From: a virus | Taxonomy: Duplodnaviria > Caudoviricetes | DNA: 59,299 bases | Direction: 5' to 3' (one strand) | IMG/VR virus record: IMGVR_UViG_3300046000_006837 | Location: 1 to 59,299 of that record | Shown: positions 1 through 8,628 of the stretch, one piece after another | Numbering within the stretch: position 1 is the first letter of the stretch | How the letters are laid out: every line of letters begins with the position of its first letter | Notes under the pieces: model-generated | Database searches by the model: none | What the model was told of the DNA's origin: nothing | The model's input: only the letters and a program-made list of their open reading frames with translations | Position numbers and translations under genes: made by a program

Positions 1-17
1 AGAGAAGACATTTTTTT

Positions 18-150
18 AGCACCCTAATTTAATAAAATAATGCAATTAATTTGAGCAAAGTTATGAAATATCAAATTACTGTTGTATATTTGTAGGGCAA
101 TAGCGAAGAGGCTAAAGCACTTTATTAATCACTTAAACAAAAACAAAGTT
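18..150 (+). promoter_or_regulatory. Type I early promoter/leader block (copy 1 of 4)
   Basis: TATATTTG -7 box at 85-92 and leader hairpin; similar blocks at 1046, 1835, 2516. Confidence 0.8.
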
Positions 151-387
151 ATGTCAGAATCAATGGTAAGAGAATTAGAAAATCGCTCTTTTGAAGTTGG
201 GAGAGTTTTATTTGCAGGTTGCATTTATATGCTTCACACTGCCAATAAAAAAGCGGTTGAAACACTTTTGAATGAAATGTTGGCTACTCCTGATGTTGCC
301 TGTTCTTTATCTAAAGCACGCGAATTAGTTATTCAGGCGTGTTATGATAGATTGATTGAATTAGAAAATGATTCAACCGAAAAGTAA
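151..387 (+). CDS. hypothetical early protein
   Basis: ATG 151 downstream of promoter; the TTG start at 82 in the ORF track abuts the -7 box. Confidence 0.7.
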   Translation: MSESMVRELENRSFEVGRVLFAGCIYMLHTANKKAVETLLNEMLATPDVACSLSKARELVIQACYDRLIELENDSTEK

Positions 388-395
388 ACCAACAA

Positions 396-424
396 GCCCC
401 GCGGTTATATCGCGGGGCACTTTT
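396..424 (+). terminator. hairpin/intrinsic terminator
   Basis: GCCCCGCG/CGCGGGGC stem followed by short T run. Confidence 0.55.
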
Positions 425-448
425 ACCACCACTCAAACAAAAAAAATC

Positions 449-583
449 ATGTCAAGAACTCAAAGAATCCTAATCGACATCAAAAACAATTATGCAATCA
501 TTTTTTGCCTATCTTTCTACCTAGGAATATGGCTAATGATTATTGCAATGGTAGTCGACATCATCATTAAGAACATTTTTTAG
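449..583 (+). CDS. small membrane protein
   Basis: A-rich leader, ATG 449, one hydrophobic helix. Confidence 0.55.
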   Translation: MSRTQRILIDIKNNYAIIFCLSFYLGIWLMIIAMVVDIIIKNIF

Positions 584-673
584 AACGGTCGAACCCCGGC
601 TTAGAACGGTCGGGGTTCATCTTATCATCGGAACGGATTACATTTCATCATATACATTTTAAAATCTATAAAC

Positions 674-952
674 ATGAATAACTTATCATCTCTTTTAAAT
701 AATGATGCAATTAATTTTGGAACAAGTGTAATGAGATTTTTATCCATTGATGCTGTTCCTAATGATTGGACATTCTGGATTAAATTATTATTAGTTATCA
801 TTGTCATTAATAACATTTGGGATCTATGTAGAGAATTGATAAACATTATAAGCAATTTAGGAAATGGAAGTAAGATTGATTTAGGATCTATCTTTAATGA
901 TATTGTTTGGATCTATATTGCATTGGTTTGTCTTAAGTATTGGTTTTTATAG
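674..952 (+). CDS. hypothetical membrane protein
   Basis: ORF with two hydrophobic segments. Confidence 0.6.
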   Translation: MNNLSSLLNNDAINFGTSVMRFLSIDAVPNDWTFWIKLLLVIIVINNIWDLCRELINIISNLGNGSKIDLGSIFNDIVWIYIALVCLKYWFL

Positions 953-1001
953 ACATGGAATATATAATCGGCTGGGGATTGGTTAATAGGTGGTCCCCGC
1001 C

Positions 1002-1045
1002 GAATTTTGCTTGGGTCATTCGATAGAATGACCCGAGCCATTTTT
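1002..1045. repeat. cassette-boundary hairpin H1
   Basis: GAATTTT GCTTGGGTCATTC-gata-GAATGACCCGAGC CATTTTT. Confidence 0.9.
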
Positions 1046-1163
1046 TACAGGCCTAATTTAATAAAAAAGTAACAATTTAATTAGTAAAATTAGGAAATAT
1101 GAAATTACTGTTGTATATTTGTGACGCAGTCGCAATGAAGCGAAGGCGATAAATAAACAGGTT
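1046..1163 (+). promoter_or_regulatory. Type I early promoter block (copy 2)
   Basis: TTAGG 1090-1094, 19-bp spacer, TATATTTG 1114-1121. Confidence 0.85.
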
Positions 1164-1463
1164 ATGCAAAATTTAGAAATGGTGGCTATTGAGTTAAAAG
1201 AAGTATTAGCCGCGAAAGCAATTTTAGAAGCGAGAGAAAAAGCACTACGTTCTGAAATTATCGAAGGTTTACAGTCCCAAAATTTAACCCTATTAAAAGT
1301 AGGTGGGTTTACAGTGTCCATTCGTAAAAACAAAACGTGGGCATATTCAAAATGGGTTAGAACGTTGGAAAAAATGCTTAAGACGCGTAAAACTAACGAG
1401 CAAAACAGCGGAGTAGCTACTTTTGAAGAAACGCCTACATGGCAATTCTTAAGCGCAAAGTAA
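1164..1463 (+). CDS. hypothetical coiled-coil protein, paralog of 2636..2935 and 19156..19509
   Basis: near-identical to 2636..2935. Confidence 0.85.
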   Translation: MQNLEMVAIELKEVLAAKAILEAREKALRSEIIEGLQSQNLTLLKVGGFTVSIRKNKTWAYSKWVRTLEKMLKTRKTNEQNSGVATFEETPTWQFLSAK

Positions 1464-1529
1464 GACAAAAGGGGTGAACGAAAGTTCACCCCGCTTTAAA
1501 AAAATTTTTAACCTTTAAATTTTATATCA

Positions 1530-1766
1530 ATGTTAGGCAAATTAATAATAATTTCAATTTACGTTTATGTTTGTGTTCCACACCCGAACGGCGGTAAAAC
1601 GGAATACATTGAAACGGCGGGTACAAGATCCTGGGAGATGCCGGGAACGTTCACCAAAACGGATTCACTTGTAAAGGAAGCTATCAAGTTCTACGGAATT
1701 GACCTCGAGTATAACACTATTAAAGTAGATGTTAATACACTACGGGTGAAATGCGAGTGCAACTAA
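1530..1766 (+). CDS. hypothetical protein, paralog of 3000..3236
   Basis: shared RSWEMPGTFTKTDSLV and KCECN. Confidence 0.8.
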   Translation: MLGKLIIISIYVYVCVPHPNGGKTEYIETAGTRSWEMPGTFTKTDSLVKEAIKFYGIDLEYNTIKVDVNTLRVKCECN

Positions 1767-1791
1767 GGTAAGCAAGAAACTAGGTCGGAGC

Positions 1792-1834
1792 GAATTTCGC
1801 TCCGGCTATTCTATCGAATAGCCTGAGCAAATTT
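1792..1834. repeat. cassette-boundary hairpin H2
   Basis: GAATTTC GCTCcGGCTATTC-tatc-GAATAGCCtGAGC AAATTT. Confidence 0.9.
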
Positions 1835-1968
1835 TTAGCACCCTAATTTAATAAAAAAGTAACAATTTAATTAGTAAAATTAGGATATATCAAATTACTG
1901 TTGTATATTTGTAGGGCAATAGCAAGTAAGCGAAAGCACTTTAATAATCACTTAAACAAAATCAAGTT
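1835..1968 (+). promoter_or_regulatory. Type I early promoter block (copy 3)
   Basis: repeat of the 1046 block with TATATTTG. Confidence 0.85.
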
Positions 1969-2394
1969 ATGAACAATCTAAAGTCAATGGGAACTATGTT
2001 CAATGCCATGTTTCCAATTTTAAATGTAGCTCAAACGTATGTAAGTGGCATATACATGCCAAAAGAGAACACAGCAAAAGCATTTCTTGAGGCATTTCAA
2101 GAATGTCAAAGCAGATTAGAAGAAGGATCAAAATATGACTTTGAACCTGAATACTACATTAAACAATTAAAAGATTGGGCAAAGAAAACAGAGGAGTCAA
2201 TATTTATGTCCTTACTACCCTACAATCCCGAAGGTTTCTACCCACAGCAAATTGAGGATATGCCTGAAGATCTTTGTTTCTGGGAAGGGCTTTATCAAGC
2301 AGAGCAATGGGATTTAATTACAGAGCACCCATTCTTTGACAGCTGGTTGCAAGAAGCTCAAGAAATTACTCAAGAAATGTGGCAAGAGCATTAA
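1969..2394 (+). CDS. acidic hypothetical protein
   Basis: 141-aa ORF directly after promoter; E/W-rich. Confidence 0.8.
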   Translation: MNNLKSMGTMFNAMFPILNVAQTYVSGIYMPKENTAKAFLEAFQECQSRLEEGSKYDFEPEYYIKQLKDWAKKTEESIFMSLLPYNPEGFYPQQIEDMPEDLCFWEGLYQAEQWDLITEHPFFDSWLQEAQEITQEMWQEH

Positions 2395-2402
2395 ACGAAA
2401 CG

Positions 2403-2432
2403 ACCCCGGCCGGAAACGGTCGGGGTTTCTTT
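2403..2432 (+). terminator. intrinsic terminator
   Basis: ACCCCGGCCG-gaaa-CGGTCGGGGT then TTCTTT. Confidence 0.8.
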
Positions 2433-2471
2433 TGTTAGAACGGAACGGATCCATAACGGAACGGAGCTGAT

Positions 2472-2515
2472 GAATTTTGCTTGGGTCATTCGATAGAATG
2501 ACCCGAGCAATTTTT
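2472..2515. repeat. cassette-boundary hairpin H3
   Basis: same stem as H1. Confidence 0.9.
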
Positions 2516-2635
2516 TCGGGGCCTAATTTAATAAAAAGTAACAATTTAATTAGTAAAATTAGGATATATCAAATTGTTGTTGTATATTTGTAGGGCAATA
2601 GCAAAGAGGCTAAAGCACTAAACAAAAATCAAGTT
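2516..2635 (+). promoter_or_regulatory. Type I early promoter block (copy 4)
   Basis: repeat of the 1046 block. Confidence 0.85.
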
Positions 2636-2935
2636 ATGAGAAATTTAGAAATTGTTGCGGTTGAACTAAAAGAGGTAATGGCTGCAAAATCAATCTTAGA
2701 GGCAAAAGAAAAAATGCTTCGCAATGAAATTATTGAGGGTTTACAGTCTCAAAATTTAACCCTATTAAAAGTAGGTGGGTTCACGGTGTCCATTAGAAAG
2801 AACAAAACATGGGCATATTCAAAATGGGTTCGCACCTTAGAAAAGATGCTCAAAACTAGAAAAGCGAACGAGCAAAACAACGGTACCGCAACCTACGAAG
2901 AAACGCCTACATGGCAATTCTTAAGCGCAAAGTAA
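2636..2935 (+). CDS. hypothetical protein, paralog of 1164..1463
   Basis: sequence near-identity. Confidence 0.85.
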   Translation: MRNLEIVAVELKEVMAAKSILEAKEKMLRNEIIEGLQSQNLTLLKVGGFTVSIRKNKTWAYSKWVRTLEKMLKTRKANEQNNGTATYEETPTWQFLSAK

Positions 2936-2999
2936 AACAAAAGGGGTAGGCGAAAGCCTACCCTACTTTAACAAACTTTTAACCTTCAAATAATAGACC

Positions 3000-3236
3000 A
3001 TGTTAGGCAAATTAGTAATTGTTGTAATTTATGTTTATGTATGTATTCCTAACCCGAACGGTGGCAAAACGGACTACATGGAGAGGGTAGGCGCTAGGTC
3101 CTGGGAGATGCCGGGAACGTTCACCAAAACGGATTCTTTAGTCAATGAAACTATTAAGTACTACGGAATTGACCTTGAACATATCAATATCAACGTAGAC
3201 GTTAACACACTACGAATCAAATGTGAGTGCAACTAA
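3000..3236 (+). CDS. hypothetical protein, paralog of 1530..1766
   Basis: sequence similarity. Confidence 0.8.
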   Translation: MLGKLVIVVIYVYVCIPNPNGGKTDYMERVGARSWEMPGTFTKTDSLVNETIKYYGIDLEHININVDVNTLRIKCECN

Positions 3237-3262
3237 AGTAAAGCAGGGAGCCAGGTCGGAGC

Positions 3263-3305
3263 GAATTTCGCTCCGGCAAGGCTTTAGCCTTGCCTGAGAA
3301 AATTT
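3263..3305. repeat. cassette-boundary hairpin H4
   Basis: GAATTTCG CTCcGGCAAGGC-ttta-GCCTTGCCtGAG AAAATTT. Confidence 0.9.
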
Positions 3306-3440
3306 TTGCAGGGGCGGATCTTAACACTTCTTTAACTAAAATAGCTAAAAATATTAACACTTATTAACTACTACTTATTACTTTTATGCTTATCTTTGTC
3401 ATGCAGTCGCAATGAAGCGAAGGCGTTAAAAAATCAAGTT
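3306..3440 (+). promoter_or_regulatory. Type II early promoter block (copy 1 of 2) with phased TTAAC boxes
   Basis: TTAAC at 3321, 3332, 3354, 3364; TATCTTTG 3391-3398; repeated at 4063-4197. Confidence 0.85.
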
Positions 3441-3668
3441 ATGGAAATCATTTGTTTGTTTAAAAAAGCCGCTCATACTTACACACTATTCTTTAAACCA
3501 GTCTTGATTGGTTATTCTTTTGCGGAAGGTGATTTACGTATGTATGACGATACTGTCGAAGAATTTACAATGGATACTCCTATATTCGATACCTATGAAG
3601 AAGCTGTCAAGTATGCTTATATAAAAACCCACGGAGAGGCTAACTACCTTAGAGAGTTCGAGGAATAA
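3441..3668 (+). CDS. hypothetical protein
   Basis: ATG 3441 after leader. Confidence 0.7.
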   Translation: MEIICLFKKAAHTYTLFFKPVLIGYSFAEGDLRMYDDTVEEFTMDTPIFDTYEEAVKYAYIKTHGEANYLREFEE

Positions 3669-3674
3669 AATACC

Positions 3675-3731
3675 TTAACAAAACATTAACACTAAGGGTA
3701 TTGCATAATACATTCAATACCCTTATATTTG
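3675..3731 (+). promoter_or_regulatory. TTAAC-box / hairpin-embedded promoter
   Basis: TTAAC 3675, 3686; TAAGGGTATTG/CAATACCCTTA inverted repeat; TATATTTG 3724. Confidence 0.85.
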
Positions 3732-3771
3732 TTTTATAATTTTTAATCACTTAAACGTAAAGACAAGCACC

Positions 3772-3960
3772 ATGAAAAGCACAATGTTAGAATCAAACGG
3801 AATTAGAATTGTTTTCTCTTTTGGCGGCAAAGTACGCGTCAACCAGAACGACAAAGAGGTTGAATCGGTAAACAACTTTTCAACATTCAGAAAGTGGGCG
3901 AAGGAGGTTTTATCCGATACTCAATTCAAAGTAGCGAAGGCTCAATTCAACCGTATGTAA
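3772..3960 (+). CDS. hypothetical protein
   Basis: ORF after promoter. Confidence 0.7.
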   Translation: MKSTMLESNGIRIVFSFGGKVRVNQNDKEVESVNNFSTFRKWAKEVLSDTQFKVAKAQFNRM

Positions 3961-4019
3961 TGCGTCCAAAGGATACAACCCACCGAACGGAACGGTTCGG
4001 TGGGAATTCCTATGCTAGC

Positions 4020-4062
4020 GAATTTCGCTCAGGGCAGGGCGGAGCCCTGCCTGAGTAAATTT
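4020..4062. repeat. cassette-boundary hairpin H5
   Basis: GAATTTCG CTCAGgGCAGGGC-gga-GCCCTGCCTGAG TAAATTT. Confidence 0.9.
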
Positions 4063-4197
4063 TTGCAGGGGCGGATCTTAACATTTCTTTAACTAAAATA
4101 GCTAAAAATATTAACACTTATTAACTACTACTTATTACTTTTATTCTTATCTTTGTCATGCAGTCGCAATGAAGCGAAGGCGTTAAATAAACAAGTT
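4063..4197 (+). promoter_or_regulatory. Type II early promoter block (copy 2)
   Basis: near-identical to 3306-3440. Confidence 0.85.
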
Positions 4198-4374
4198 ATG
4201 TACTTATTCATTTTAATTTTCTTCTTAGGTTGTTGGTTCCCTATTAGCTTATACGCTATGATTTTAAATAGCGAATCGGACGGGGATACAGTAAAAGAGA
4301 CGTTATCAAAATTTTTCATCGGTTCGTCTTTATGGATATTATTAATTGTATTTTTTGCAACACTAATAATTTAA
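4198..4374 (+). CDS. small two-helix membrane protein
   Basis: ATG 4198; two hydrophobic segments. Confidence 0.65.
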   Translation: MYLFILIFFLGCWFPISLYAMILNSESDGDTVKETLSKFFIGSSLWILLIVFFATLII

Positions 4375-4427
4375 CAGAACGTTAACACTAAGGGTATTGC
4401 ATAATACATTCAATACCCTTATCTTTG
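4371..4427 (+). promoter_or_regulatory. TTAAC-box / hairpin-embedded promoter
   Basis: TTAAC 4371, 4382; TATCTTTG 4420; copy of 3675 element. Confidence 0.85.
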
Positions 4428-4462
4428 CTTTATAATTTTTTAATCACTTAAACTTAAAAACA

Positions 4463-4693
4463 ATGTTAGCTGAAAAGAAAAATGTATTAAAGACTTTAAA
4501 GTCAGCCATCTTAAAGTCATATTCTGAAAACAAAAATTTAGATTTTACCGATTTTGAGGACGTGGCTTTTGATTTACAAGTAGATATAGAAACGGAAGAG
4601 GACGAACTGGAAACGGAACATAATAGGTTTTATATGGATTATCAAAAAAGCGTAGACGCTGACTATTACGCATTCAGACAAGCGCAAAGATAG
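4463..4693 (+). CDS. acidic hypothetical protein
   Basis: ORF after promoter. Confidence 0.7.
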   Translation: MLAEKKNVLKTLKSAILKSYSENKNLDFTDFEDVAFDLQVDIETEEDELETEHNRFYMDYQKSVDADYYAFRQAQR

Positions 4694-4759
4694 AACGGAA
4701 TTTATAAACAGGGAGGGCTTAAATGCTCTCCCTATCTTAAACATCTTAAAATAATTGTT

Positions 4760-5191
4760 ATGAAGGTTAATGAAGTAAAAGTAAGCTATAAAAAAGGAGT
4801 TTTTGGTAATGTATTAAATTCCTTAAATGCCGTTGATTATTGCAGAAACATTCCGGAATTTGAAAACAGAATGGAGTATCAAGAAGTATTTGCAGCCATA
4901 TATTTAGATAATGCAAATAACATTCTTTGCCATCAAATTATAGGTATTGGTAACATCACTGGGGCAGTGGTAGATCTAAGAATTATTTTCTCCACCGCGC
5001 TTAAGACATTATGCACTAGCCTAGTTCTTTGCCATAACCACCCATCGGGAACTTTAAAAGTATCAAAAGCAGATTTTGACGTAACGAACAAAGTAAAGGA
5101 AGCGGGTAAATTATTTGATATACAGGTATTAGACCACATTATACTAACTAAAAATAGTTATTTGTCCTTTGCGGACGAAGGACACTTATAA
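4760..5191 (+). CDS. radC: RadC-like JAB/MPN domain protein
   Basis: E..., HNHPSG, S..D JAB motif and LDHII. Confidence 0.9.
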   Translation: MKVNEVKVSYKKGVFGNVLNSLNAVDYCRNIPEFENRMEYQEVFAAIYLDNANNILCHQIIGIGNITGAVVDLRIIFSTALKTLCTSLVLCHNHPSGTLKVSKADFDVTNKVKEAGKLFDIQVLDHIILTKNSYLSFADEGHL

Positions 5192-5212
5192 AATACCATT
5201 GTTTTAAGTTTA

Positions 5213-5243
5213 CCCGTCAAATGTAAAAGTTTGGCGGGCTTTT
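5213..5243 (+). terminator. intrinsic terminator
   Basis: CCCGTCAAA/TTTGGCGGG then CTTTT. Confidence 0.7.
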
Positions 5244-5253
5244 CTATGCCAGT

Positions 5254-5296
5254 GAATTTCGCTAAGGCAAGGCTTTAGCCTTGCCTGAGTAAATTT
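5254..5296. repeat. cassette-boundary hairpin H6
   Basis: GAATTTCG CTaAGGCAAGGC-ttta-GCCTTGCCTgAG TAAATTT. Confidence 0.9.
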
Positions 5297-5520
5297 TGGC
5301 GGGATCCCTTTTTAACATTTCCTTAACTATACCAGGGAAAACATTAACACTCCGTTAACTACTAGGTATTGTTTTTATGCTTATCTTTGCAGTGTTATAA
5401 AGAGAGAGGGTAAATAGAAAGGCAAAAAAGTAATTTAAAAAAAGTTTGCCTAAAATTTGGAAATTAGAAAAATAACCCTTATCTTTGCATCAGATTCTTT
5501 ACCACTTAAACAAACAGGTT
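5297..5520 (+). promoter_or_regulatory. Type III tandem-promoter block, about 220 bp (copy 1 of 4)
   Basis: TTAAC 5312, 5323, 5344, 5355; TATCTTTG at 5382 and 5480; repeated at 6625, 8745, 10890. Confidence 0.9.
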
Positions 5521-6225
5521 ATGAAATTAGTCGGTTTTAATTTTATCCATGGCGCAAATGTACATTCAGTTGACTTAAGACTGTCAGGTACAAAAAAATT
5601 AGGATATGCCTTTATAGTGCAAACATATCACTTTGATATGGAACAAGTTATAAATAATAATCTTGTTTTGGATTCGGGAACTTGCTTTAATTGCCCTTTA
5701 AGTTTCAACCAAAATAACGGCAAAACAGGCGGCTGTTATACGCATAAAGGAAATTTAAGAAAGGGCTTAGGCTCTAAATTAAGGTCGTTAAATAAGCAGT
5801 ACAAAGCCGGTAAATTGCTTAATAATTACGATACCGTTTTAAGCGGTTTAAATAAATTCGCAAAGGACGTAAAAATTTCCTTAGTACGGTTTGGGACGTA
5901 TGGCGAAGCGGTTACATTGCCTTTAGACCTATTAGACGGTTTGGCAAAGCTATCAAAGCGTAAAACGGGTTATACGCACCAATGGAACAAACCAGAGTAT
6001 AAAGACTACTCAAAATTTTTAATGGCATCTACTCACAATGTTTTTGAGGTTAACATTGCAAAGGATTATGGATTCAGGACGTTCAATGTAGGACAAATTG
6101 AGAATAGTTTAATGTGTCCATCTTCGCCAACAATCAAAAAAGAAAACAGAACGCCATGTTCGGATTGTGGATTGTGCGCGGGAAATTCAATACAGGCAAA
6201 GGATATTTATATTCCTAAACACTAA
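5521..6225 (+). CDS. Cys-rich putative Fe-S protein (Gp88/radical-SAM-like), paralog of 11116..11823
   Basis: CxxC...CY, RFGTYGE, YTHQW, C-terminal CP...CxxCxxC. Confidence 0.55.
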   Translation: MKLVGFNFIHGANVHSVDLRLSGTKKLGYAFIVQTYHFDMEQVINNNLVLDSGTCFNCPLSFNQNNGKTGGCYTHKGNLRKGLGSKLRSLNKQYKAGKLLNNYDTVLSGLNKFAKDVKISLVRFGTYGEAVTLPLDLLDGLAKLSKRKTGYTHQWNKPEYKDYSKFLMASTHNVFEVNIAKDYGFRTFNVGQIENSLMCPSSPTIKKENRTPCSDCGLCAGNSIQAKDIYIPKH

Positions 6226-6233
6226 AAAAAATA

Positions 6234-6275
6234 TGGGAGAATGTTTGGATATGTCAAATATTCTCCCTATCTTTG
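6234..6275 (+). promoter_or_regulatory. hairpin-embedded promoter
   Basis: GGGAGAATGTTTG/CAAATATTCTCCC; TTTGG-19bp-TATCTTTG; similar at 7353, 7832, 9723. Confidence 0.8.
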
Positions 6276-6306
6276 AAACATATTAATCACTTAAATACTT
6301 AAAAAA

Positions 6307-6516
6307 ATGAATAACAGGCATGTTTGGGAAGGTTGGACGGTTCAAGATTTTATAGATGAATTAGAACCATTCTTTAATTTAGTCATGAGTGGAAGGACAC
6401 ATATCAAGCCATTTAAGGACGACAAAGAACTAAAACAGTATCTTAGAGATAATCAACCATATTATAAGAAACACATTCCAGAGGTCTTTAAGTACTTCAA
6501 AAATAAAATGAAATAA
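6307..6516 (+). CDS. hypothetical protein
   Basis: ORF after promoter. Confidence 0.75.
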   Translation: MNNRHVWEGWTVQDFIDELEPFFNLVMSGRTHIKPFKDDKELKQYLRDNQPYYKKHIPEVFKYFKNKMK

Positions 6517-6538
6517 AGAGATAGTAACTTGTTTTTTG

Positions 6539-6570
6539 CCCCGTTGGATCCAGTGTCCGACGGGGATTTT
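6539..6570 (+). terminator. intrinsic terminator
   Basis: CCCCGTTGGA/TCCGACGGGG then ATTTT; related copy at 8659-8692. Confidence 0.75.
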
Positions 6571-6580
6571 GTGTGCCAGT

Positions 6581-6624
6581 GAATTTCGCTCAGGGCAGGG
6601 CTAAAGCCCTGCCTGAGTAAATTT
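6581..6624. repeat. cassette-boundary hairpin H7
   Basis: GAATTTCG CTCAGgGCAGGGC-taaa-GCCCTGCCTGAG TAAATTT. Confidence 0.9.
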
Positions 6625-6846
6625 GGCGGGATCCCTTTTTAACATTTCCTTAACTATAATAGGGAAAACATTAACACTCCCTTAACTACTTTGTATTGGT
6701 TTTACCCTTATCTTTGTGTTGTTATTAAGAGAGAGGGTAAATAGAAAGGCAAAAAAGTAATTTAAAAAAAGTTTGCCTTAAATTTGGAAATTAGAAAAAT
6801 AACCCTTATCTTTGCATCAGATTCTTAACCACTTTAAATATTTGCT
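6625..6846 (+). promoter_or_regulatory. Type III tandem-promoter block (copy 2)
   Basis: repeat of 5297-5520. Confidence 0.9.
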
Positions 6847-7344
6847 ATGAAGTCCATTAATGAGTTTATTTCCAATTTGTCAGCAAGAAACACGTTTGCA
6901 GCTATTCAATACGAGTCGGCAGCAGATAAGGTTGCTAAAAAATTAACCTATGGTTGGTTGGCAGCCAATGGTATTTCTCGCGAAGAAGTACGTTGTATTA
7001 CTTTCCGTACTTGTCAGTTAGGCAGTACGTACAAAACAAGAGTAGAAAACAGAGAAGGCGAAGGAACGGTTATTAATCCAGGTTGGGCTCGGTCGTTAGA
7101 CAACAAAGGGCACTTATTTGACAATCCTAAGAACGGTAAAAAGTTTCTCCGCGTGTTCTTAGTGCCAGGCAAACAGGTTACTTGGGGCTTTCCGGACGCA
7201 ACAACAGAACGGAACAGATTAGCCTTAGTACAGAGAATGAAGGAAATAGAGCCACAAACGGAATCGGATACGTTTGAAGTAAGAATGATTGAGCTTGATT
7301 GTATCCAGAGTTTAAAGGCAAAAGAAATTTTTCAATTAGCGTAA
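6847..7344 (+). CDS. hypothetical protein
   Basis: 165-aa ORF after promoter block. Confidence 0.8.
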   Translation: MKSINEFISNLSARNTFAAIQYESAADKVAKKLTYGWLAANGISREEVRCITFRTCQLGSTYKTRVENREGEGTVINPGWARSLDNKGHLFDNPKNGKKFLRVFLVPGKQVTWGFPDATTERNRLALVQRMKEIEPQTESDTFEVRMIELDCIQSLKAKEIFQLA

Positions 7345-7424
7345 AAAAAAGTAGGGGAATGTTTGGATATTTTAAATATTCCCCTTATCTTTGCAACATA
7401 TTAATCACTTAAATACTTAAAAAA

Positions 7425-7817
7425 ATGAACAAGGAAGGTTTAGAAATTTCGCTAACAAATGATTTAAGCGAAGAGATTTTTTTCAATGCTTTATGTAATT
7501 CAATGGATTATATGTGTAGCTCGTATGGACTTGATTTAAAGTACAAACAATCGGACTACCTTAAGGCAAAAGCTAAATTGACTAATCCATGTTTAGAAGA
7601 TGTTTTAATGCAGATGCTAAGGGATGGAGCTAAAATTGGATTGAAAGATCTTGAGGGTGGAATGGGTACGGAATACATTACATTAGATACGATACATGAA
7701 AGAGTTAAGAATGTTCCTATTACCGATTTGTTAGATATGATAGATGAAAATGATGATGCCACTACGGGAGAAGTTGTTTTACAGATTGTTTTCCTTAATG
7801 AAATAATGTATGGATAG
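7425..7817 (+). CDS. hypothetical protein
   Basis: ORF after promoter at 7353-7393. Confidence 0.8.
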   Translation: MNKEGLEISLTNDLSEEIFFNALCNSMDYMCSSYGLDLKYKQSDYLKAKAKLTNPCLEDVLMQMLRDGAKIGLKDLEGGMGTEYITLDTIHERVKNVPITDLLDMIDENDDATTGEVVLQIVFLNEIMYG

Positions 7818-7902
7818 GATTTAAAAAAGATGGGAGAATGTTTGGAAATGTGAAATGTTCTCCCTATCTTTGCAACATATTAATCACTTAAATTTTAAAA
7901 CA

Positions 7903-8127
7903 ATGCAGTATCAAATCAAAAGAGAATGTTGGAATGAGAAAACATTTAATGGGTATACAGATAATCCATATTGGAAAATTGAGTTGAAAGGTTTAGGATT
8001 TGTGTTAAATGATGATGGCAGAGTATGGAGTTCTATTGGTATAAAAATGACAGAATTTTATTTAGAGGATATTAGGACAATTATAAAAGAATGTAAACTT
8101 AATATTGATATTGTTTCACCACTTTAA
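7903..8127 (+). CDS. hypothetical protein
   Basis: ATG 7903 after promoter at 7832-7872. Confidence 0.7.
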   Translation: MQYQIKRECWNEKTFNGYTDNPYWKIELKGLGFVLNDDGRVWSSIGIKMTEFYLEDIRTIIKECKLNIDIVSPL

Positions 8128-8138
8128 ATTTTAAAAGA

Positions 8139-8327
8139 ATGTTAGTAAAGAATGATGTTAGATGTAATTGGTGTGACTGGGAAGGATATGAGGATGAATT
8201 AGATTTGATTGTTGATTTATCTGATGATGGTATTTCACATGATGTACATTATCTTAAAGTATGTCCTGAATGTAAGCAAGATGATTATTTGATGGATATT
8301 GATATTGATAACCCCGCGGAAAATTAA
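8139..8327 (+). CDS. small zinc-ribbon protein
   Basis: CxxC...CPxC. Confidence 0.7.
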   Translation: MLVKNDVRCNWCDWEGYEDELDLIVDLSDDGISHDVHYLKVCPECKQDDYLMDIDIDNPAEN

Positions 8328-8331
8328 TAAA

Positions 8332-8628
8332 ATGAGAAGCGAAGTAATTGTAAAAAGACGTGAGGATTTTGGCCATGACTGGATTTTGGTCCTCGAAACA
8401 AAAAAGAATAAAATCCTGAGACGCAAAAGTTTTTACTTAGGTCAAGATGTAAAATTTTGTAGTAGAGTATTGGGAATGTCCCCGCGCGATGTTGTCAATG
8501 AAATTGGTTCTGGAGATTTTACCAAAGATAATAACTTAAAATTGTTAGGAAAATTTATTAGTAAGCGTTTAGAATTATCCTCTAAGTCCATAGATGAATT
8601 AGAAGCGTGGGATTTGTGCTGTCAATAA
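8332..8628 (+). CDS. hypothetical protein
   Basis: ATG 8332 right after previous stop. Confidence 0.7.
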   Translation: MRSEVIVKRREDFGHDWILVLETKKNKILRRKSFYLGQDVKFCSRVLGMSPRDVVNEIGSGDFTKDNNLKLLGKFISKRLELSSKSIDELEAWDLCCQ

